57,645 nucleotides of DNA from Chlamydiia bacterium (GTDB lineage Bacteria; Chlamydiota; Chlamydiia; Chlamydiales; JAAKFQ01). The position numbers and the translations under genes are program-made. Each line of letters starts with the position of its first letter. Position 1 is the first letter of the stretch. The stretch covers positions 1-57,645 of the forward strand of contig JBDNIV010000005.1 of assembly GCA_041688145.1 (NCBI GenBank). Direction: 5' to 3'. Below, one piece after another: positions 42,321 to 50,333 of the stretch. The notes under the pieces were generated by a model. It ran no database searches. It saw nothing but the letters and a program-made list of their open reading frames with translations, and was not told the DNA's origin.

Positions 42321-43697
42321 CTAAGCCAATTTACCCCTAGCATCTCTTGCCGCATTACGGATCACTTCAGGAAGAGCTGGATGGACATATATAGTCTTTA
42401 GCATATCTTCAAGAGAAGCTTTCATATTCATATAGGCTATAGGCATATGAATCAGGCTTGCTGCATCAAAACCAATAATATGAGCACCTATTAACTTTTT
42501 GCTCCTCTTATCAAAAAGCAGTTTCACAAACCCCTCTTCACTTCGAAGCGCCATACCCATAGCTGAGTTTTTATAAAACGCCTTTCCTACGATATAGGGC
42601 TTTTTAGACGCTTTTAAAGCCTCTTCTGTAAAGCCCACACTTCCAATCTGTGGATTGGAAAAAACTGCGTGCGGCATAGGAGGATAATCAATAGGTCTTT
42701 TTTTCCCTTTTTGGAAGTATGTCTTAAAAAGGTACTCTCCTTGGAAGTTTGCACTGTGGCGAAAAAGGTGTTTTCCAATGCAATCCCCAAAAGCATAGAT
42801 ACCTTTAGCGCTTGTTTTTAGCTTTGAGTCAACTTCAATAAAGCCCCTTTCATCTACCTTAACACCCGCTTTTTCAAGGCCTAAATCCCGTGTCGCAGAC
42901 ATGACTCCTGTCGCGATAAGCAGACCTTCAGCTTTTAAGATTTTTTTCTTTTTACCTGGAGAGTCACACGAAAGCCTAAAAACACCTTCTTTATAAGAGA
43001 CGCTCACAGGTTTTACTTTTTTATGCACAATGAAGCGCTTAGAAAAAGAGGCTTCAAAAGCTTTAGAGATCTCTTTATCTTCATTTTTTAGCATTTCGCT
43101 GCGCACTACAAACTCTACTTTTGTGCCTAGCATCCCAAAAAAATAGCCAAGCTCCGTGGCAATATAGCCGCCTCCAACCACAATAAGACTTTTAGGCTGC
43201 TTCTTAGCTCTAAGCGCTTCAAAATACGTCTGGTATGGAACGTTTTCTATCCCTTTAATATCGGGGATATGAGGCCTGGCTCCTGTCGCAATAAAAATCT
43301 TATCACCCGTAATAGTCTTTGAGCCCACTTGAACAGTTTTTTTGCCTACAAAAGTAGCAAATTCCTTGTAGTAATCGATATTCGGGTGTTTGTGATATAG
43401 AGGCTCAATACTCGCAGATTCTTTATCGATTACCCCATTGACCCTTTCAATAAGCTTAGAAAAAGAGGGCTTTGGAAGCGCTTTTAATGAGAGATTAAAA
43501 CGGTCTAAATCTTCTAATTCCGCCATAAGATCTGCTGAGTGTATCAGCATCTTAGAAGGGATGCAGCCGTGATTCAAACACGTGCCACCCAGTTTACCTT
43601 TATCAATGATAGCGACCTTAAGGCCCAAGTTTGCAGCAGGCCTTGTAATTTTAGAGCCGCCACCTGATCCGATTACTATAACATCATAATGCTTCAT
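42321..43697 (-). CDS. Class-I pyridine nucleotide-disulfide oxidoreductase (dihydrolipoyl dehydrogenase/mycothione reductase-like)
   Basis: GSGGG, GGTCLNHGCIPSK, GGGYIATE, HPALPE. Confidence 0.9.
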   Translation of the reverse strand: MKHYDVIVIGSGGGSKITRPAANLGLKVAIIDKGKLGGTCLNHGCIPSKMLIHSADLMAELEDLDRFNLSLKALPKPSFSKLIERVNGVIDKESASIEPLYHKHPNIDYYKEFATFVGKKTVQVGSKTITGDKIFIATGARPHIPDIKGIENVPYQTYFEALRAKKQPKSLIVVGGGYIATELGYFFGMLGTKVEFVVRSEMLKNEDKEISKAFEASFSKRFIVHKKVKPVSVSYKEGVFRLSCDSPGKKKKILKAEGLLIATGVMSATRDLGLEKAGVKVDERGFIEVDSKLKTSAKGIYAFGDCIGKHLFRHSANFQGEYLFKTYFQKGKKRPIDYPPMPHAVFSNPQIGSVGFTEEALKASKKPYIVGKAFYKNSAMGMALRSEEGFVKLLFDKRSKKLIGAHIIGFDAASLIHMPIAYMNMKASLEDMLKTIYVHPALPEVIRNAARDARGKLA

Positions 43698-43799
43698 AAG
43701 TTTTCAGCATGCCGCAAAAACCTATCGAAAGTAAAGGCCTTCCGATTAGTTGCAACATAAAAAAAAATGTCTTAGGGTGAGTTTTTAAGGAATATTTTT

Positions 43800-44546
43800 A
43801 TGAAAAAAGGTAAGTGCGAAATTTGTCAAAAGACCTTCTGTATAGAAGATCTATTTCCTGTTGAAGCAATGCGCCATAGTGTTTTTTGTTCAGCAACAAA
43901 AAATCACCCTAAACTCAATAAAAAGGGATATATCTGCTCTCACGATCTGCGAGGGCTCAGAGCTGAGCATATTGAATCCCTTTTAGAGACAGAAAAAGGT
44001 GATCTCTCTCGCTTAGAAAAAGACGTGCCTAAAAGCATCAAAGACCACGAAGTACTTACTAAAAACATCAATAAGAGCTTTGAAAAAGGCCTTTCTCAGG
44101 GAGAAAAGCTCGCTGACCGCATTGCCCATTTCGGGGGAAGCTGGACTTTCATCATCTTATTTTTATCTTTCATCGTAGTATGGATGATTGCCAATACTAT
44201 CTTATGGATGAGTGGCCCTTTTGACCCCTACCCTTTTATCTTGCTTAACCTTTTTTTATCGTGCTTAGCAGCCTTGCAAGCCCCTGTCATTATGATGAGT
44301 CAAAACAGGCAAGCCGCTAAAGAGAGAATGCGCTCAGAATATGAGTATTCTATTAACCTAAAAGCTGAGCTTGAGATCCGTCAGCTACACTCTAAAGTTG
44401 ATCAGTTTATGCGCAACCAGTGGGACCGTCACTTAGAGTTTCAACAAGTGCAGATAGACCTTGCTGAAGAGGTGTTAGAAGTCGGCAGGCAGAACAACCT
44501 AAAAGCGCCCCCTAAAGCTCCTAAAAAGCCTAAAATAAAAGACTAA
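43800..44546 (+). CDS. DUF1003 membrane protein
   Basis: FGGSWTFI, FDPYPFILLNLFLSCLAALQAPVIMMSQNRQ; N-terminal CxxC. Confidence 0.9.
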   Translation: MKKGKCEICQKTFCIEDLFPVEAMRHSVFCSATKNHPKLNKKGYICSHDLRGLRAEHIESLLETEKGDLSRLEKDVPKSIKDHEVLTKNINKSFEKGLSQGEKLADRIAHFGGSWTFIILFLSFIVVWMIANTILWMSGPFDPYPFILLNLFLSCLAALQAPVIMMSQNRQAAKERMRSEYEYSINLKAELEIRQLHSKVDQFMRNQWDRHLEFQQVQIDLAEEVLEVGRQNNLKAPPKAPKKPKIKD

Positions 44547-44654
44547 AAGTGAAGCTTTTAGCATCAATCCGAATAAGAGCTCTATTGGGCTAAAAATTGC
44601 CCAGTTAGGTATTAATAAAAAATGCTCTCTTTTTTTCTTAACATCCCAAAAAAT

Positions 44655-46244
44655 CTAACCTATAACCCATTTCTGAGTTCCTATTTTTTCTATAAACGTT
44701 GAGTCATGGGACGCTGCTACAATTGCCCCATCAAAATTTAGCAAAGCAACTTCAAGTGCCTCTAAAGTCAAAAGATCTAAGTGATTAGTTGGCTCATCAA
44801 GTAAAAGCACATTTGGCTTTTCTAAAACTAAAGAAAGCAACAGCATTCTCTTTCTTTGACCTGTACTTAATGTAGAAAAAGGCCGCCTTATCAAGTCTAA
44901 TCCTCCAAGAGCGGCTTTATGTAATTCACACCTTAAATCTTCTTCCAAAAGATTAAATTGGTTTTTAAAATATTCTAGTGGTGTTTGGTTCATAGGCAAG
45001 AGATCACCTTCCTGATCTAGAAAAGCTATTTTTGTAGTAGGAGAGTACCTAATGCATCCCCCATCCAAAAGCACCTCTTTTGCAATAGCTTTAAGCAGCG
45101 TAGTTTTCCCACACCTATTTGGCCCAGCAACAAGAATCCTATCTCCATTGCAAATCTCATTACAAAAATCTAAAAACAGTACTTTATTACCATATGCCTT
45201 ACTAACATGGTCTAGCTCTATAGCGACACGAGAATTCAAAGGGGTTTTAAAAAACCTTAACCCCTTAATGCTTTTTGGCTTAGGGTGGGGCAGTGGGTTA
45301 GCTTTAATTTCTGCAAGGCGCGCTTTCATAATATTGAGCTTATGCTTCAATGACTTCTGGTGCTTTTCTCCTCTGCGATCATAAGCCATAATATTGCGGT
45401 CCTTAGGAGCTGAATCCTTTTTTCTAGAGAATGTCATTGCCTTAATTTTCTGATTTAAAAGAGCCTTTTCTTCCTCCTGAGCTTCATAAGCTTTGAGCTG
45501 TTTCTCTAAAAATCGCTCTTGCTCTGCAAGATAAAAATCATACCCACCTCGATAACAGATTAGACTGCCATTTTTAATCTCAATCAAACGATTACAAACT
45601 GCGTTTAAGAATTTGCGATCATGAGAGACAAGAACACACGCTCCTTTCCTTTGTTTCAAGGTCTCTTCTAGCCACTTAAGCATTTCCTCATCTAAATGAT
45701 TAGTAGGTTCATCAAGAAGCAAAAGGTCTGGATTTTTGATTAAAGCTTTTGCTAAAGCAACACGGACACACTGCCCACTGCTTAATACTGACATAGGAAG
45801 ATCTAGCAAGTTATTTTCTAGCTTTAATCCAACCAAAATCTTCTCTATTGGAACTCTACTATAGCCTCCCATCTGTTCATACTTCTCATGTAATTCTGCC
45901 CACTCAGCAAGTCGATCTGGGTAGCCTAAGCAAAAATCCATTTTTTTCTCTAAATCTAAAAAGATACTTTCTTCTAAGTATTCACGAACATGGATTGATT
46001 CGTCGGAAAAGAGAATTTCCTGAGGAAGAAATCCTATAGAAAGGCCTGGCATCTTGGTTAACTTTCCAGAATCAGGAGAAATAAACTCTCCAAGTAATTG
46101 GATAAGGGTTGTTTTACCTGATCCATTTTCTCCAATAAGAGCAAAAAGCTCCCCTTGATTAATAGAAAGAGATATATCTTCTAAAAGAGATACTGAGCCA
46201 AATGACTTAAAAAAATGTGAAAACTGAATAAGGAGCTGAGACAC
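44655..46244 (-). CDS. ABC-F family ribosome-associated ATPase, ARE (antibiotic-resistance)-like
   Basis: Two NBDs (GENGSGKT, GPNRCGKT; LLDEPTNHLD twice), no TM segments; extended linker PKDRNIMAYDRRGEKHQ; GTG start. Confidence 0.88.
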   Translation of the reverse strand: MSQLLIQFSHFFKSFGSVSLLEDISLSINQGELFALIGENGSGKTTLIQLLGEFISPDSGKLTKMPGLSIGFLPQEILFSDESIHVREYLEESIFLDLEKKMDFCLGYPDRLAEWAELHEKYEQMGGYSRVPIEKILVGLKLENNLLDLPMSVLSSGQCVRVALAKALIKNPDLLLLDEPTNHLDEEMLKWLEETLKQRKGACVLVSHDRKFLNAVCNRLIEIKNGSLICYRGGYDFYLAEQERFLEKQLKAYEAQEEEKALLNQKIKAMTFSRKKDSAPKDRNIMAYDRRGEKHQKSLKHKLNIMKARLAEIKANPLPHPKPKSIKGLRFFKTPLNSRVAIELDHVSKAYGNKVLFLDFCNEICNGDRILVAGPNRCGKTTLLKAIAKEVLLDGGCIRYSPTTKIAFLDQEGDLLPMNQTPLEYFKNQFNLLEEDLRCELHKAALGGLDLIRRPFSTLSTGQRKRMLLLSLVLEKPNVLLLDEPTNHLDLLTLEALEVALLNFDGAIVAASHDSTFIEKIGTQKWVIG

Positions 46245-46287
46245 AAGCTTGATCCTGGGTTATTTGATTAACGAGCTGGATTCAAAC

Positions 46288-46299
46288 TTAAATTTTCAC
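46288..46299 (-). CDS. Putative 3-aa leader uORF (fM-K-I)
   Basis: GTG AAA ATT TAA, 7 nt after AAAGGAG (46313-46307). Confidence 0.5.
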   Translation of the reverse strand: MKI

Positions 46300-46329
46300 T
46301 GCAGAACTCCTTTCAAGAAAACTAAGATC

Positions 46330-46358
46330 ATTTTAACAAAAAACAGTCTCCCTTTCAA
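46330..46358 (-). promoter_or_regulatory. Sigma70/sigma66-type promoter for the ABC-F gene
   Basis: TTGAAA-N17-TAAAAT with TGn extended -10. Confidence 0.7.
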
Positions 46359-46592
46359 GGATTTTGAAACTTTTAATAACACAGCTTTTTAATACCGCGC
46401 CTAATCAAGCACGAACTCATCAAGAAACTAGCAATAACCCTAAAGTAGTGACCTGTCCTTGAATAAGCTTTCTGCTTGCTTCTTCACCTATCTCCGAATA
46501 GAAATATTTTGTCAAAAAAAGACTTATCCCCTCCCCCTCACTTGTATAAAAAGTCTTATCCACTTATATAACAAACTAGGGGCAAAAACTAA

Positions 46593-46958
46593 GTGATAAG
46601 GTCTATGAATACTATTTATAAGTCTGCTTTTACAAAACTTTTTTTTGCTTTAGCGCTTATGCTAACAAGCGTAAGCTTTTCTGCTGAGACTATCCCCATC
46701 AACCGTCTGCCCAGTCATGGCTCTATCCGGGTGCAAGGAAAAGTCACTAAGATATTTAATGAAAATGAATTTCTTATTACAGATAAGTCAGGCAGCATTA
46801 TGATCTCTACGGGAGAGACTTTTACCTATATCCCTCTCGGAGAAATCGTCTCAGTAACAGGTGAGCTTATTGAGCAAACAAGCTTCTTTTCAAAGTACCG
46901 ACAAATGCATGCTACGCAGATTCGAAGAGCTAATGGAAAAGCAGTCTCAATCCAATAA
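46593..46958 (+). CDS. Secreted OB-fold protein (BOF/YgiW-YdeI-like)
   Basis: Signal peptide; VQGKVTKI..NEFLITDKSGSIMI...GEIVSVTGE; ATG 46605 is an alternative start. Confidence 0.7.
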   Translation: MIRSMNTIYKSAFTKLFFALALMLTSVSFSAETIPINRLPSHGSIRVQGKVTKIFNENEFLITDKSGSIMISTGETFTYIPLGEIVSVTGELIEQTSFFSKYRQMHATQIRRANGKAVSIQ

Positions 46959-47738
46959 ATGACACACCTTATTAACACTTCCTTGGGACAAATATCTTGC
47001 TCAATTGAAGGAAGTGGGAACACAAACCTCCTTTTTATTCACAATGCTGGAGGATCAAAAGCATTTTACAACGAGCAAAAGGCGCTTACAAAAAAGTACC
47101 GATGTATATTTATTGACCTACCCGGTCATGGAGAGAGCCCCCCTCCCAAAATAAAAAAACTTACCCTAAAATCAAGCGCTCAAGCCCTTTTTGAAGTATG
47201 CGTGCATCTGCAGATAAAAAGTGCGGTTCTTATCGGCCTTAACTTAGGAGGCAATATTGCGTGGCATCTCGCCTCAATGAAACCAAGTTTTCTTAAAGGC
47301 ACTATTGCTATTGATCCACCCTGCTTTATGGATCAGGCATTTATTTCTGAACTCAAGAAGCATATGGCAAAAATACAAAGTGATAATCGACTAGATCATC
47401 TAAAAGAACTTGTGAACAACTCATTTGTTCAAGCTCCACATGAAAGCTATCAAGTAGCTCTTTTTGCACTTGAAAAAACAGATATTATGACTCTTATTAG
47501 CTTGTATGAGGACTTAATCAAGGAAGACATCTCGACCGGCTCTCTAATCCAACATATTGATACCAAGTTGCATGTCATCTCAACAGATGCTAATTTTTGT
47601 CCTATAAAACATCTACAACAAAGCAATCCCAAAGCTACCTTTAGCAAGGTTGTCAATAGTCTTTATTGGGCTTGTCTCGAGGTTCCCGAGCAAGTTAATG
47701 CAATCATCGACCGGTTCATACAAGTCAATATATTATAG
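46959..47738 (+). CDS. Alpha/beta hydrolase fold protein with substituted nucleophile
   Basis: LLFIH, IDLPGHGES, elbow GLNLG instead of GxSxG. Confidence 0.8.
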   Translation: MTHLINTSLGQISCSIEGSGNTNLLFIHNAGGSKAFYNEQKALTKKYRCIFIDLPGHGESPPPKIKKLTLKSSAQALFEVCVHLQIKSAVLIGLNLGGNIAWHLASMKPSFLKGTIAIDPPCFMDQAFISELKKHMAKIQSDNRLDHLKELVNNSFVQAPHESYQVALFALEKTDIMTLISLYEDLIKEDISTGSLIQHIDTKLHVISTDANFCPIKHLQQSNPKATFSKVVNSLYWACLEVPEQVNAIIDRFIQVNIL

Positions 47739-47845
47739 AGGTTTGAAAACCTCTTCCTGATGTCACATATCTTTTTATTGACAAAACCCCACTTCTTAAG
47801 CTTTTATAGAGGGCATATTTCTTTTGGAACAAGGAGCCCTGTCTT

Positions 47846-48469
47846 ATGTCTCGTTTTTTACGTTTTTTTTCTATTCTGTGTACTTTTGCTTTTTTGCTTT
47901 CTAATAGCGCGCGAGCAAATGTAAACCCTTCAGCTAGTGTCCCTACAAAGGTCTATGTGTTGCACGCGAAGGAAGGCAACTTAAACGTCCAAAGAGGAGC
48001 TGCTGGCCTCTATACACTGAAGCTCTCAGGAGTCTCAAAAATAGTCGCTTTAGGCTCTTCTAGTGAAGCGCCGGCCGATGGCTTGCAAACTCGCGATTTT
48101 TTTGATGCATGGCGCACGCATGCTGAAGAAATTAAACAAATGCACCCAAGAGCCTCTTTAAGAGCTTCTCGTCGTGATAACCGCTTTTTTGCTACAGTAA
48201 ATCTTAGCAGCCCTCAATTTGACACGCGCACAAATGAGCTGACTATTAGCATTGCTTTTATCTCATATAATTCTGAGCGTCCAGATCTCCAGCCTGAGCT
48301 AGAGCTCACCCATCCAATGATTATCATCGCTGAAAATGCACTACCTAAAAATATGGTGGAGGCTCTAGATCAGAAGATGCCGAAAGGAAAGTCTCAAAAG
48401 AGCGCTGAATCATCGTCATTGGGTAACCTCGGCGAAGAAGTTTTGCCAGCCACTTCTGCCGGCTCTTAA
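47846..48469 (+). CDS. Hypothetical secreted protein
   Basis: AAGGAG SD; signal peptide ending SARA. Confidence 0.6.
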   Translation: MSRFLRFFSILCTFAFLLSNSARANVNPSASVPTKVYVLHAKEGNLNVQRGAAGLYTLKLSGVSKIVALGSSSEAPADGLQTRDFFDAWRTHAEEIKQMHPRASLRASRRDNRFFATVNLSSPQFDTRTNELTISIAFISYNSERPDLQPELELTHPMIIIAENALPKNMVEALDQKMPKGKSQKSAESSSLGNLGEEVLPATSAGS

Positions 48470-48965
48470 AATCAGCAATATCAGCTGATCTTTGTTTAAG
48501 CATGTGGGCGATCTCTTCTACAAGCTCTGAGTCAATACAAAGCTCTTTCAGACTTTCATCTATAAGAGCAGGATCAGCTCCTTTTGCCTTTAGGCGCATC
48601 TCTAAAAGCTTTGGGCCATAACGGCCTTTTTTAGCTTCAATAAACCCTTTAATAAAACGTGCATCAGATAAAAAGCCCTCTTCAGTGCATCGCCAAATAG
48701 CCCCTTCTAGAGCTTCTTTACGAAAGCCTTTTTCAAGTAGTTTTTCCTCTAGTTCATGTGTGAGGTAGTCTCTTTTAGAAATTAACATAAGGGTGTAACG
48801 AAGAGCGGCTCTTTTTTCGATCTTAGAAAAATCTTCTAAAGAGGAGCACGCTTTAAGATCAGCTTTAAAAGGCTTTAAGACAAAAGCGCTGAGTGTGCGC
48901 TTTTCACCTTGTGTATCCTCTAATATAAATGTCCGCTTAATAGGGTCATGAGAAATCTGCAGCAT
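48345..48965 (-). CDS. recX: Regulatory protein RecX
   Basis: LISKRDYLTHELEEKL, GFLSDARF, YGPKLL..LKAKG, LLRRGY. Confidence 0.8.
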   Translation of the reverse strand: MLQISHDPIKRTFILEDTQGEKRTLSAFVLKPFKADLKACSSLEDFSKIEKRAALRYTLMLISKRDYLTHELEEKLLEKGFRKEALEGAIWRCTEEGFLSDARFIKGFIEAKKGRYGPKLLEMRLKAKGADPALIDESLKELCIDSELVEEIAHMLKQRSADIADFKSRQKWLAKLLRRGYPMTMIQRSFETFLSASSDLEPPPYF

Positions 48966-49015
48966 AAGGCCATTTTTTCATAACAAGCCTATTTAAAGCG
49001 ATAGGGATAGGCAAT

Positions 49016-49050
49016 GGCGTATATTCAAGATAAAATCTTGAATATACGCC
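49016..49050. repeat. Perfect 16-bp inverted repeat with 3-nt spacer
   Basis: ggcgtatattcaagat-aaa-atcttgaatatacgcc. Confidence 0.9.
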
Positions 49051-49235
49051 TTTAATACACAAAGCATTTACCATGAATGACTTGATCAGCAAAAAATATT
49101 CGAATTTTTGAAGGGAATCTGCGTGAAATTAGCCTAATTTTAGAATATACCCCCTAAATAAGAGCTATTTATCCTTTTTCCAGAATATGCTCCCTTATGC
49201 TAAGGTGTTTTCCAAAAACCTTAACGGAGGTCTCC

Positions 49236-49928
49236 ATGGCAGACGCTATAAATGCTTTAAGCTCTAATTTCACAGATAATGGTCCTATAGAATCTGTATG
49301 TTTCAGTATTGAAAAAGAAGGTGGCAGTTTTTTCTATGATGAGTATGCGGTCACAGACCCTAAAACAAGCGCTTCATATGGCACTGTTTGGGCGAATCGT
49401 TACTTTAGCGGGTATAATCCATTAAATCCCTTTAACTGGGCTGCAAAATATATCTTTTTAGACACTGAAGGCAATGAGCAAATGCGCCTAGTTAAAAACT
49501 ACGGCATCTTGAACTTTGACCTGGATGCACTGACTGCAGCTATTTGGGGGGTGTTTTCTAATAGCGCTGCTAAAAGTTCTGACTTTTTCGTCTATACACA
49601 TACACATAGAGATGCAGGCTATATCGATGGGCGCCTAGTCAGCTTTGGCACATGTTTTGATATCACCGACTCAGAGGGCAAGCAAGCAGCTAACATCCGT
49701 ATTCCAAAAAACAAAGAGGCTGCCAATATTTATGCCCAAAGCGGTGATGGAAAAATTGGCAATATCAAAGCAGACGATGAGACCCGTGAGATTGGGGATG
49801 TGAAAGTTACTGTACAAAAAGGGGCTTGTGATGACCGTATACTTGCCATACTTTCTGCGCACTTTTTGCGTTATAACCTTTTAGACTTGTCTCCTGGAAG
49901 ACATATGCAAATACACCATAAAGCATGA
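49236..49928 (+). CDS. Hypothetical protein, possible LURP-one/scramblase fold
   Basis: FLDTEGNEQMRL and FDITDSEGKQAANI hairpins, terminal DDRILAILSA helix; GGAGG SD before ATG 49236. Confidence 0.5.
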   Translation: MADAINALSSNFTDNGPIESVCFSIEKEGGSFFYDEYAVTDPKTSASYGTVWANRYFSGYNPLNPFNWAAKYIFLDTEGNEQMRLVKNYGILNFDLDALTAAIWGVFSNSAAKSSDFFVYTHTHRDAGYIDGRLVSFGTCFDITDSEGKQAANIRIPKNKEAANIYAQSGDGKIGNIKADDETREIGDVKVTVQKGACDDRILAILSAHFLRYNLLDLSPGRHMQIHHKA

Positions 49929-50329
49929 TACGTAAACAGACCTGGGAAGCGCTTGCAGAGCGAATGAAAAGCCTTGAAATTTTCGAGACTGATCTAAGTG
50001 AAAAGTTTATCTTAGGTTCAGGCAGTGGTGGTCAAAAAGTAAATAAAACTTCGAGTACCGTCCAGCTTTATCACGGCCCAACAAAGATCACCATTAAATG
50101 CCAAAAAGAGCGGTCTCGTGAGATGAACCGCCTTTGGGCAAGACGCCTTTTATGCGACAAGGTAGAATCAGAATTAAAGGGCAAAAAAAGCACTAAAGCG
50201 AAGCTAGTTCACAAAATCCGCAAGCAAAAACAAAAAAGAAGCAAACGAGCAAAAGAAAAGATGCTTGAAGATAAAAGCCGCCTTTCAGAAAAAAAGAAAG
50301 GCCGCTTGCCCCCTAATGAAGAGGGTTAA
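49925..50329 (+). CDS. Stand-alone GGQ peptidyl-tRNA hydrolase (ArfB/C12orf65-like rescue factor)
   Basis: GSGSGGQKVNKT, KCQKERS..NR, Lys/Arg-rich C-terminal tail. Confidence 0.88.
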   Translation: MIRKQTWEALAERMKSLEIFETDLSEKFILGSGSGGQKVNKTSSTVQLYHGPTKITIKCQKERSREMNRLWARRLLCDKVESELKGKKSTKAKLVHKIRKQKQKRSKRAKEKMLEDKSRLSEKKKGRLPPNEEG

Positions 50330-50333
50330 GCTT

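Noticed and set aside
46296..46331. Longer uORF MILVFLKGVLQ upstream of the ABC-F gene
   Set aside because: Its ATG overlaps the predicted -10 box, so it would not be on the transcript
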